A stretch of DNA of 64,000 nt, taken from NCBI RefSeq assembly GCF_002571385.2, contig NW_019217881.1, positions 13,610 to 77,609 on the forward strand, read 5' to 3'. The notes beneath the pieces were generated by a model, which made no database searches, was not told the DNA's origin, and worked only from the letters and a program-made list of their open reading frames with translations. Position 1 is the first letter of the stretch. Each line of letters opens with the position of its first letter. The position numbers and the translations under genes were made by a program. Below, one piece after another: positions 1-12,500 of the stretch. Source of the DNA: Stylophora pistillata (lineage: Eukaryota).

Positions 1-142
1 GGAGGGAGAGAGGAGGGGGGAGGAATCATAAGTACATTACAGAGCCTTATAGGGGGTCAGGTAAATTTGAACGTGACACAACCAAAAACCTCCGACCCAC
101 AAATACAGTAAGTAATTATTGGTCCTTTAAGAAAGCCCGTAC

Positions 143-3100
143 CTTACATTCCAGATTGGGAAGTAAAACACCAACAGAACCATGCCTCTCGTCAAGCGAG
201 GGAGTCATGTGACTCAGTGCTGTGTTTTCTGTCATGCCATAACCTGAAATAATTTGTGATATTTTATTTCAATTCATTCATTTATCACTTATCCTAAAAG
301 TCACTCCTTGATTGATTGAAATGTAATCTGAGAAGTTGGTAAAACGCGTTGGCCTAATGTTAAGGGCACTTAAATTCTTACTCACAGTACAGCGCTATGC
401 CACTGTTTCCCTCTTTCTCAAAAAAATATTTTAGTCATAAAAAAGGCTACAGCTTTTCGGGCACCAGTTAGAAATCTAGGAATGCTACTGCTGCTTTTCG
501 TAACCACATCATAATAACCTTACTCCATGTATTTCTTTTACGGCGCTTGCGTAGATCATAAGACACAAGGCTCACTCTCTCAATCCTCGCCAAGCCGTTT
601 ATCCGGGTTACTACGCTTGTACTTTTGTTCATGAATAAACGGTCTGGCAACTCGGGATCTGGGCCAGTTTAACACTGATTAACGCCGAAGAACTGTTTCA
701 CTTACACTGATTGATTCTCTTAAGGTGAGGTAATCGTTTCTTGACATTTTTGGACGTTTCTTTGCTTAGCGATGACGAGCTGGATATCACCTCCACTAGT
801 GATGACAAATCGGTGTTGACTACCGCTGGGTGGATGGACAGAAGATGCACTACTGACGCCTCAGTTGCAAGAAGTGTCACCTGACAGATCAAAAGAGAAG
901 ATGTATCAGGGGATGCTTTTGTCATTTGACTAGCAATTGCTTCGGCAGGAATCGGGAACGAAAAGCCTGGAACCGTCTAAACCTTCAGGCTTTGCTCAGT
1001 AAGCCGTGACGTGAGCCGTAAAATCATTTGGGGAAAGTCTCCTGGCAACAACAACGTTTTTATCCACTCAATCTTTCCAGGCGTTGCACAAACAAACGAG
1101 GAAGGAGAGAAAGCTGGGATTAGGCTTAGTCACTGATAACGTCCAATTGAAAGGGGACTGTGGAACAACTTTCTACCCACCTACAGCCACTTGATTGTAT
1201 TAAAAACGTTACAGAACCGAAAAAAGACTTTACCTTGTAATCCTGCAAAAGATGTAATATTCTGTTTTGTTCGAATCTTGGCACCGAAATTAAGCAACTA
1301 CCTTGTTGCAAATTGATAGAAAGAACAGCTATCATGCCAAAAGGGCGGTGAAATGGAACAAAAGTTAACACAGTAGAAGTCTTTTGCTCTGTAGTTATTT
1401 GTTTAAAATCCATAAAGCCATGCGCAGTCGCAATGCAGCCCAGAGCCACCAAGTTGTAGTGGGTTACCATGGCCCCTTTCGGAAGACCGCCAGTCCCACT
1501 GGAAAACGGAAGAATTGCTAAATCCTCTTTTGGATTAAAGGTGACTTGTGGAAAACTCGACCCGTCATCACTGAAAAGGACTGAGGCCAAATCATCTTCA
1601 ACGTCATCTCCAAGAACAAACATGTGTTCTATGCCTAGTTTCTTGGCGGCCTCTTTTGCTCGATGCTCTAACTGGTGGACAGTGATGATACACGCTGCTT
1701 CAGCTGCTTCAAGCTGATTGCTCAGTTCTTCGGTTGTGAAGAATGGATTGACACCTGTCACGACCGCGCCAATTTGAAGAGCTCCAAAGAATACAATGGG
1801 AAACTCAGGTACATTGGGAGCAAACAGCGCAACCACATCTCCCTTGTGCAGTCCTCTTTTGCTTAAAGCCGAGGCGACCCTTCTGCTTAAATCCTTCACT
1901 TGTGAAAACGTGTATTCGCGTTTGGTTGCGCTGCATATCTGAGAAAAAAAATTTCAATAATTTAAGAGAAGAACTGGCGAGATTTTAGGCCGGGGAAAGT
2001 ACAAAGCTGCGACGTGCGGTGAGGGGGAGGGAGGGGGGAGGCAGGGTTGCTTCTTTCTTAATGATGGAAAGTAGGTCTCTCTTTCGATCAAGAACTGTTA
2101 ATAATTACCCACAACAACAAACCCTTTGAACACCTTGCTACTCAAAGGAAGGTTCACTGATTCATAGACATTACAACCGATCAAAAGAGGAGTTTTACGG
2201 TTTCATGACGAGTGTCCTCCGGCCCTGTTGTGCATGAAAGAGCCGGCAAAAAAAAGAGCTTCATAAAGCGGAATCTTCTTAAAAATACATCTTTTATCAG
2301 TTCGAAAACTTTTTGTAAGTAGTTTTAATGATGCTGGTGTTAAACTTGCGTGACTAAACTCAACAACTCAAACCTAGAAATGACACTTTTTATAGGTGCT
2401 GGATGTTATTTACCAGCTTCGTTAACACGACAATGCATCCTGTCTTTAAATCTTTAAGAATCCAAACTATTGTTAAATAACTAAGGGCTCATTTTACTTT
2501 ATTGTGAGCCGGTTAGTAATGTACACACTTGTACACTTCGTGCCGTTAAAGGTAAACTTCGAAACTTACTACTTGAAGTTATCGAAATCGAAACATTCAT
2601 CGACACAAATTCGATATTCGTAAAGTTTTGGTTGGAACGTGACTGAATAAACACGTGATTTAACTTCTTGGTGACCTCATGGACTCAATGTTTTAATGAG
2701 TGATTTTCGCTGAAATTTCCATGTTATTGCATCTTGTTTTGTTTATTGTAACGTTAACTTCCGCCTTACTGCGTAGTTTAATAAAAAAGATGTCCGTAGT
2801 TGAGAATTGAACTCGAAACAGAATTCCTCCTTAAGTAGAAATATGTTTAAAATGCAAATAAACGAAACAGATCAATTTGTCGGTCTATTTAGCGAGTGCA
2901 TTATTATGGACAGGCATTCTTTGGGAAAATTATATCCACACATTTCTCTGTTTGTGTAATACATTTAGTGGCTGTTCTGCCGCTCAAAATACCTGTATGG
3001 AATCAAAGACGAAGTCACGAACACCATGATTAAAGATAAAAATAGCTGTTTAGTTATTACAGAGTATTAACTAATTTCTCGTTGAACTACTTACAATGGC

Positions 3101-3199
3101 TGTTTGATTCCCATACTTCTCGAAGTCTCTAAACACAAAATCTGGCCAAGACTGGCTATCGGGAATTAGTACGTCCGCATATTTGCTTTTCAACGCCAT
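143..3199 (-). CDS. 4-coumarate--CoA ligase-like / firefly-luciferase-family acyl-CoA synthetase (ANL superfamily), 3' end beyond the window
   Basis: Spliced exons 3199-3095 (MALKSKYADVLIPDSQSWPDFVFRDFEKYGNQTAI), 1938-1234, 880-706 and 243-143, all GT-AG. AMP-binding P-loop LPFSSGTGGLPKG, GYGMTE motif, GSVGVLLPNLECK. Confidence 0.88.
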
Positions 3200-3699
3200 A
3201 GTTCTTTAGGAACTGTCAAAAGAATCGAGAACGAAAATGTGACATAACGAATGCGCCGAAACGTGTCCTCAAGAGTTTAACATCAATCGACTGTTCGCGG
3301 ATTTAATTACTGAATGAATAACCTTACTGCTTTAGGGTAATTGCGGCAATGATTTGCATTTCTTCATTGTGTTATCTCACGACATTCTTCTGCGATAAGA
3401 GTTTTAAAAGAATTATTTGTTGGATTTAGGGGAACTGATGTAATTATTTGGCATAACTTCTAAATTAAAAAGTTCAAGTGATAGGGGGAGCTATTCTGAG
3501 AGTCATAGTAAGTCTAAAGCGCCTCTTAATCAACTATTACCCGTTTGTTAATTGTACGCTTTCGTAAGACGTCACCAAGCTTTTATTCTTGATCATTTAA
3601 CCAGTAGATTTTTACAATACTGTTTCTTGCTGACATCATCGCAGGACAGTTTAGTGTGATGACATAAACTGAAGATAGCTGTTTACTTGAGATATCAAA

Positions 3700-3790
3700 T
3701 GCTCATTGGTTGAGCGCAATTATCTAGCGCGGGAAATCGCAATTTGGCCAATCGCGCGTGGGTCTGCTGTTTATATCTGATTGGCTGAGG
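3700..3790. promoter_or_regulatory. Cluster of CCAAT boxes upstream of the 4CL-like gene
   Basis: cattgg (~3704), gccaatc (~3747) and gattggc (~3779) lie within 90 bp, about 500 bp upstream of the ATG. Confidence 0.35.
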
Positions 3791-4167
3791 AAGCGAGCGG
3801 GTGTTCAAACCCACTCATAAAGCTCTAGAGGACGTGAAATATTTCACTTAAAAAGGAAAACGCATCAAGCACACGCACAAGTACTTAACACTTGTTTATT
3901 GGAATTTTTAACCGTTCCAGCTACATTAGGAGTAGGCATTATTTGTCCAATAATTTACGGAGAAACTTGAGAATGTTTTCAATTAATCATTTCGTATGTA
4001 CAATTCTCTGTTATAAAATATAGACACTCTATTGTAAACTTAATTATTACAAAGCAGTCTCCAGGTTTCTCTTAATACACGAAAGGTTAAAAAATAATCT
4101 TAAACAGTTACTTATTATTGAAAAAAGTTACTGAATGGTGATTGCTACGAAAATTTTAAGAAAAACT

Positions 4168-4310
4168 GGATCGTTGTCAGTTTCTGAGCAGCTACTCATC
4201 TACCCCTCCCCCCCCAAACCCAACAACAGTCAAGTGATAACAAGTTAGGGTTATTGTTTGGTTAGGGGAGGGGTGGGGGAACAGATGCTAAGATCCTGTC
4301 GTGGATCCAA
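4168..4310. mobile_element. Short palindromic MITE-like repeat
   Basis: Imperfect inverted arms (tacccctcccc...ggggaggggt) bounded by ggatc/gatcc. A second copy spans 27809-28137. Confidence 0.6.
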
Positions 4311-5109
4311 AAAGCTTGTGCCAAATAGTAACTTGAGTGTTTTGCGGTGAAGACTGTCACATACATACCACAGAAAACAAACTCATCATTGCACAAATAC
4401 TAAACGTATTGAAAGTACGCTTCGTCATAATTTGTATCAAGAAGGCAAATGAAAAATTTTGTCAAGCACTTGGAATTCTACATTTTGTCTACAGAGTGAG
4501 TTCAATTACAATGAGCAAAAAAGGAAAAAAAAACAAAAAAAAACAAAAAAAAACAGAAACAGAATATTTGCAAGGTCGCACTAGCCCCCGACACAAGTTG
4601 TGGAGTCACCCTCACTATTGTGTGAGTTTCGTTTGATATCCCTTAGAACTGAAAAAGACATACATGAGAATCTACCGCATGATCTCATGCGCACGAATCT
4701 GCGAGTCGTTCCTGCCTTTCTCGCGGCCAAAAGTATCTTCTTATCATCTTCACATCTCAACAAGATTTAACTCGTTCCAGCTTATCAGTTAGAACAGACG
4801 AGCGAATAAAAGAGAAAACAAAAATCGTCGGGGGTCTAAGAAGGAGTTTTAACTCATTAGTTCTCTTCCCCCCCCCCCTCCATTTTCTCGCTCGTCACCA
4901 CAAAATGGCTGCCTGGAACATTCTGGACTGAATGTTTTTTGGTCTAGTTTCTAATATCCAATTTAACTGACTGCTGGTGAATACTGGCCATTTTTGAGTG
5001 AGTACCATCACAGAAACCTCATGAAAGATATCTTAAATTTCTTGGTTAGATTTTTCCAGAATTTAATCACAAAATTACAGTCTAATAAAATGCTTTTCTT
5101 TGACCGAGT

Positions 5110-6552
5110 TTACTCGCTATCAGCCGCCTTTTCAGTCGCGCTTTGACTTGCCATTCTGTTTCTCCATCGCAGTGATATCCTCTTTCTGTCTTGCCGAGGG
5201 TTCGTTCCATCTGCACCTGACTGGCCGCCTGTCACATTATTGAGACCATCTGGGAGGGACGAAGTTAACGATGTGAAATCCTCTTCCACGACTGCGAAAA
5301 AAAAAAAAACAAAGCAAGAACTCCACTGTCAACTCTTAAATTACATCAGATGTTCCTGGCCAAGTTACAAATGCTTTACAGAGCCAAGATCAGTTTGCCG
5401 ATAATCAATAGCCGTCTTTAACCCACCTCCTGACCTCCACTAAACATGATGTTGGGATTTTCCCTTTGTTCACCCTGTCCTACCCACTCTCAATAAACTG
5501 GGAGGCTTTCCCTACCTCATGTCACTGCATAACTTCAATAATGTTCTCGAAGGGAGAACAGATTCTTTAACTGAACTTTGACCTTTCTTTCAAAGCAAAT
5601 TAGATACTAAGATCTATTTATGGGTCATCGCATATAGTTGAAGATTTCTCTGGGGGTTTTATTTTAAACACTCCGGGTTTTGATTCCAGTCTCTCGCATG
5701 CTAACCACCTCAGTCCCCCTCCCCAGCCTTTCCGACCCCCAAGCAAAGGGAGCATGTAATCAGAAATTTCTGCAAATATTAGAGAGGAGAGAGGCACTGA
5801 AAGAGTAACGTGTCTTCCCCAAGGACGTAATACGATGACACGACCGCGCTTTGAGCCCAGACTCGTCGATTCGGCACGCAGCTTAGCTGTAAATATTGGA
5901 CCAGCTCTGACAAATGTCACATGTAAAAACAAATAAAACAAAAGTATATACATACGACGACGAAAACAAAATAAAAGAAATGAAAGAAAAACTGACCTAA
6001 TCTGTTGTTGAACAATATTGGAGAAGTAACAGCACTCTTGGATCGATTTCGCACGGATGTCTTCTCACTGTCAGATAAACTGCTTGCTGTAGGTGCCGTC
6101 TGCGTGCGCAAAATTGGATGTCGTTCACCCGCTGATAAAATAGGAGTAGGGGGCTCACTTCCCGGGGGTTTCGGGACAGGACAGAACACCAGCGATGCAA
6201 AGTCCTCGTAAGTTGTGGGTTCCTTGTGGTTTTTTACTATTCGCTCAATGCATGCCGCTCTCTCTTCAAAGCTGAGCTCAACAATCAAGGAATGATAAAA
6301 TACTTGGAAAAAGTATGAACAATTTTAACTTCTCAAACTAGATTCAAAATAGAAGCTTTACACTACGAAACGTGAATTCAAAACTCCTTTGACACCACGA
6401 CATTCCACTAAACACTTCACACCCGACCAAAACAAAGAAGAATACGCTCTGACGAAGGCTAACGCTCGACTGAATCGTCAGCTTTTTTATTCGTTACGGT
6501 GGCCAATTTACAATTTCAACTTAGTTGATATAACCAATATTACCTTGTTACC

Positions 6553-6587
<35 letters not shown>

Positions 6588-9500
6588 TTCAGCCTTTATA
6601 AAGAAGGATACACTCGTGCCCAATCTTCACCGCAGTCGTTGTCTACCCTTGTCACACTGCTCGCCGTATGACATGGTTGACCCTTCGTGCCATGCACAAA
6701 AGACGACTGCTAGCCGAAGAATTGGCACCTCTTTAGTTCGGTATTCTTTTAACAAAAAAAGGCACGATTTCCTGTTCAAAAAGGATACTATTTCTCGTAA
6801 ACAGGAAGAAGTTCTCTGGTTGCTCGGCTGGCGTTGATAGCAGTCGCTCTTACAAGTGTTGGTAAGACTTTCCTGTCCACCAAAGCACCGTCGAATAATG
6901 GTCCAAACATGGGTACCTTGAAAAAAAGAGTGTCAAGGAAAAAAATAACCCCAGTTTGTGCAGAGAACGCTAGGTACTATCAATTCATTCCCGATTGTGA
7001 AGGCCAATTAACGAAATATTTCCAAATCTAAAACTACATTCTAACATTTCTTAATCGCGTTCAAAATCAGAGACCTCTGGTTTTCGTCTCGACTTATGAG
7101 GAAGGGACATAAGGAGGAGACGTTTAATTTCTTTCACCATAAACTCTGCAAATAAAGAAATACCAAACAAAAAGCACCGTCTCACTAAAGAAGGTCGGCT
7201 GCAGTAATTATTATAAGGAAAAAAAACGCTACATTAATTCTCACAAATACTCCGACATTGTATATATTTCTCTCTAACCTTTGGTTTCTTGATTATTTGT
7301 ATTCTGAACAAATGGTTCTTCAGCGGATAAATGACTATCATGACATGCGCAAAGTCAGTATTGACAATGCCAAGTCTGTAATCACGGTAATGTTCTGACC
7401 AAACGATATGAACTTCGTCATTTCCAATATGGCGAACCTCAAACAAACAAGAAAACGGAGACAACTTGAACGAAATTCGAAACAGTTTTTAACAACTTGG
7501 AAGCACTTAGTAAACCTTGTAATGAGCCACAAATAACCATCGATGTTTCCTTTATTCTGAAAATTCTATGATCTGATACGCAAATCTCCTTTCTAGATGC
7601 GGTAGAATTCCCTACAAACTTGTAAAGAGAATGTGCGAATTGAACACCTTCCAACTGATAAGTTTATCTGCCATCAACCAACTCCTCGCTGGAGAATGTA
7701 ATAAAACTGTGACTAAAAGTCATACTTTGATAACCTCTTCGAGTGTATGGGTTCACATAGGGTTACCTTTTCTATTTCTGAGTGAGGTGAATTTTCCACA
7801 TGTTTCTCATCTCATCTCCTTTATTTGTTTGAGCAGGTTGAATTATGGCAGCTATTTGCTGATGTGGACCTGCTATCTTCCCACCCATCCCACCCCAGGG
7901 GAGGACATCCACCACACAGTAATCACGTGTGTGGGAAATTAACCCCAACCCTGCAGGAGACGGGAGCTCCGTTTATTCGTCCTTATCCGAGAAGACTAGA
8001 ATATCTAACCATTTCTCGATGTTATAGAAAGGTAGCAAATTCTTCTCAATTATTTTAAGACCCGAGTGTTGGTCCGGCCGGGCCTCGAACCCTCGACCTC
8101 CCGCACAACAGTCCAGCGCACTATCCATTGGGCTAACTGGCCGGCGGTCGACTGTAACTTGGGTAAAGAGACTTAATGTCTTCCCGAGAAGTGACCCAAT
8201 CATGGCCTCTCGAGAAAGAGCAAGTTCAACGCGATAAATATCATGCTGGGATGCGCAACTTGCCATCAAANNNNNNNNNNNNNNNNNNNNNNNNNNNNNN
8301 NNNNNNNNNNNNNNNNNNNNNNNNNNNNNNNNNNNNNNNNNNNNNNNNNNNNNNNNNNNNNNNNNNNNNNNNNNNNNNNNNNNNNNNNNNNNNNNNNNNN
8401 NNNNNNNNNNNNNNNNNNNNNNNNNNNNNNNNNNNNNNNNNNNNNNNNNNNNNNNNNNNNNNNNNNNNNNNNNNNNNNNNNNNNNNNNNNNNNNNNNNNN
8501 NNNNNNNNNNNNNNNNNNNNNNNNNNNNNNNNNNNNNNNNNNNNNNNNNNNNNNNNNNNNNNNNNNNNNNNNNNNNNNNNNNNNNNNNNNNNNNNNNNNN
8601 NNNNNNNNNNNNNNNNNNNNNNNNNNNNNNNNNNNNNNNNNNNNNNNNNNNNNNNNNNNNNNNNNNNNNNNNNNNNNNNNNNNNNNNNNNNNNNNNNNNN
8701 NNNNNNNNNNNNNNNNNNNNNNNNNNNNNNNNNNNNNNNNNNNNNNNNNNNNNNNNNNNNNNNNNNNNNNNNNNNNNNNNNNNNNNNNNNNNNNNNNNGC
8801 AGACGCGACAATTTGGGGTTTATTGACGGCTCATATGACCTGGCCCAGCCTCATCTTTTTACTGGATTTATTTTTCGTACTCGCCTAAGTTAACTCTATA
8901 GGCCACAAATGGAAACTTTTTAACACGCTACACGTGAACACACGTGTAAACTATACAGAAAGACTAATCTCTACTCACAGTTATAGAAGCTAAGAGCACA
9001 CAAAGGCATTCATGAACTTTAGGATGTCCTTGGCAATGAATCAGCTCCTCAGCTATGAATACACCAAGGGCATTAAGCGCGATACATCTGAAAATAATTC
9101 AAATATTAACATCAAGAGCTCGCAGCGTCAGCGGGATAAAGACATGTGTTGTGGAGTCAGAAGTAGAACTGACTGCTTTGTTTACCTTGCAGAACATGAC
9201 GGATCTAACTTAGACGCTCGTAATAAAGAGCTGATAAGTTTATCCTGAAATGAAAGAAAACAAAATTAAAGTTTTTCTTCTGCTACAACAGGCTTAAACC
9301 TTACCATCCTAATATCAGTATGCATATTCTCCATACTGTTCTCTATACATTTCTTAAGGTGCTGACAAGGAGAATTTGTTTAACAATCGAGAGCTTGTTT
9401 AGTTGGTGATCATTTTCTTTATTCTTGTGACCTTAATGTGTGATTCAGCGGTGATATATTAAGGGGAAATTAGATACTAGACACTCTTGGCGGTCAGAGG

Positions 9501-12500
9501 GTTAAGTTCCATCGGTTTTACGATAGAAGAAATCTTTTCAGGGTGTACAGACCTTGACGTCTTTACATGTACTCTTTGGCTGATATTCATTGGTCTGATG
9601 TCCAGGCTGATGAAGGGGCATATTCGCAACATTGTTTGGAAAACACAACAACGATCCAATAACAGTTACTGCTTCTTCTCTTGGTAACTGTAAAAGAAAA
9701 ACATAAATGAAATTATTATCGAAGCACGAGCACAGCATTTCCATTCAATTCACAGCCGCTTTGCTTCAAGACCAAACCAGAGCACTAGTGGAAATCTTGA
9801 CGATGAGAATTTTTCTGAGCGTGGAATTGAGATGGATTGTTTTATTTACCTCCATGTTCTGGCTGGTAACGACGCCATTAGCAGCCTGAATGAAGTCAAG
9901 AATCAAAAGACTGGAACTGGGTAACATCACAGAGAAAAAATTTGCACAGCTGCTAACAATGGCACTGGTGACATCCTAAAAATCACAACGAAAATCACAA
10001 ATTACCAAGTGTCAGAGTACAGGAATGTTCTTAATAACTTTCCTCGTTCGACCTGACCGTGCTTTAACCTCACTATCCTTTTTTTGTTTCATTTATTACA
10101 AAGGGACGCTTTGGAAATTGCATGAAATGGATAAAGGCTGATAGTTTCGAAAGAAACTGTTTGGGGCTGCGTCGGTGGGGGCAACGAAATAATTTGGATA
10201 TATCAACAAAGTTGATATAGTAAATTGGCCACCGTAGCGATTATAAAAGCTGACGTTTCGAGCGTTAGCCCTTCGTCGGAGCGAAAAGAGGAATTGTGGG
10301 TTGTGTGTGCTTTTAAAGGCATGAAATGGAGCCTAGCTGAGTTTAAATCCTTAGAGAGGGCGAAGATTTATCCCTATCTAACGCTCGCGCGAATATTTGA
10401 GTCCATCCTACTTCTTCTGAAATCTCACCTGATCAGTTCCTGTGAGTCCAATGTGCATAAGGCGGTAGAAGTGTGTTAAGTACTCCTGTGACAGCGGCAA
10501 ATCTTGACGGCTCACAGTCATGGCGCACATCAGTTTGTAGGCGAGAAGACGGCCACTTTTAAATTCATTGTTAATGGAAAGTGAAGCGGCCTGAAAAAAC
10601 AAAATAAAAACAACGAATACGTTGATAACACGTCACATTTGCTGAGGGTTACATAAGAGAGTTCTGCTACAAAAATTGTCGTTTTTCTCTAATAATCAAC
10701 AAACCGAATTTGACCACGATACCATGAATTGTCGAGAACTGGCCATTAATCCTTTACACCTGAGCATCAGTGTGCATATTCTCAAAACTGTTCTCTATAC
10801 GCTTCCTAAGGTGCTGACAAGGAGAATTTGTTTAACAATCAAGAGCTTCTTTGGGTGGTGAAAATTTCCTTTATTCTTGTGATATTTATGTGTGATCGGG
10901 GGGTGATACTGTATGGGGAAATAAGATGCTAGTCACTCTTAGGGGGTGGACTGGGGTTAATTCTGTTAATTTTGCGCTAGTATTAAATCTACGTCACGAC
11001 GGATGATTGATCTTTTCATCCACCAAAATCAACGTTCACACTTTTCGTTCTGCGTCTTTATAACCCCCATTGACAGTAAAAATGCCGATGATCTCAAAAA
11101 GAAATCAACCCAAAAGAACTACGCCTATCTCTTTCCGGTAATATACAAATCAAATAAGAAACTTGAGAAAACAGGCAACCAAACAACGCTAAGAAATGCT
11201 TAAGAGCAACTTGTTGCTTTGCTATTTCATTTATTAATATACAAAATACATGTAAAATACAGACCTCAAAAACCCATGTGGCCATGTGCTGCAAAGGTGG
11301 AAGCAACACGGGAATGGTTGGAGTTGACTTGTTATCCAATGAAATGCCCTGATTTAATCGGATCTAGAGCAAAATGAAGCGAATTGACGCAAATATAATT
11401 AATCACAACATATTAAATTAAGAAAGAAGTGGGTTTGCATAAAACTTATTTTGAAATTTTTTCTGTATAGTTTTGTGCACAGAAGAAGATTCCACTGCAC
11501 ATGTGAACTCATTTGGTGAAGGAATACGAGCCATGACAATGAAACAAATCACATTAACAACAAACGTTTGTATGACAACCCCCAACTTCGTATTTATCGC
11601 GTGGTTCATACGTGCAGGGGGCCGGGGCTTGAGTAAAAACTTGATTTACCTTTGCCAACATATTCCAGATAGCTGTAAGACATTTAAACACTTTAGCATG
11701 GATTGTGGGGTTTTTTATTTTATTCACATTGCCCAGAATTCCCAGCATTCTGCGCCACAGGACAACAGCTGCCACAGGACCCCAACCTTCTCTGTACCCT
11801 CCCGCCACCACACTGGTGTCTTCCTCGTGAGAGTCGTCTCCACCAAAGTCGTCATCAAGAAGCCCCTCATCTTCGTGTGAATCTTCCAAGTGGGGCTCAG
11901 GGGAGGGGCTGCGAGAGCCTGGTGCAAGAATGTCAGGAGTTGCTAAAAAATACCGATAAATGCGAGAATTAACTACAATGTTAATGTGTTCATGCAACCA
12001 GAAAAAGCTGCTTTCAGTGAAGAGTCCGTTGTGGCAGCGTCCTCAAGTCGAATTTTTAGCGCAGTCACTCTTAAGAAAGTCAAAACGCGATCCGTGAAAA
12101 GAATTGACATCTACTACAAATATATCGTTTCAGGAGCATAAATCTCCCAGAAAAGAAAATGTTAACCCTTCAACTCCCAAGATCTGAGTGTTACTTCTCC
12201 CCTCTAGCTGCTACACATTTCCTTGCACATTAGCTACGAGAATTTGGTCTTCAATCATCAGGTAACAACTTCTACCTGATAACTTTGAGTATTCTCATTA
12301 CCTGTTTGCTGGATAATGTATAGATATCATAGGGAGAAGTTACATGTTGATCACCTCTGGGAGTTAAAGGGTTCAAAGAAGATTGATTAAGATACAAACC
12401 CCTTCCAGATGATTCTGCAGAGGACCTGCCCTCAGTATCATGGTTGAACTCCTCCTTGACTGTCTTCAGAGGCGGCAGGACACCCACCTCACCCTCACCC

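Noticed and set aside
143-3199. Functional bioluminescence luciferase or horizontally acquired plant 4CL
   Set aside because: This family is widespread in non-luminous animals and the gene has ordinary spliceosomal introns.
8060-8149. tRNA gene
   Set aside because: A and B boxes are present, but it continues into a SINE body and tail and lacks a proper acceptor stem.
8176-8893. 216-aa and 181-aa ORFs
   Set aside because: They are artefacts of translating the N gap.
12272-12400. MITE exonised into RalGAP (the ORF reads into the element)
   Set aside because: The MITE donor CAG|GTAATG is phase 0, but the next exon needs phase 1. The upstream G|GTTTGT donor (~12400) fits.
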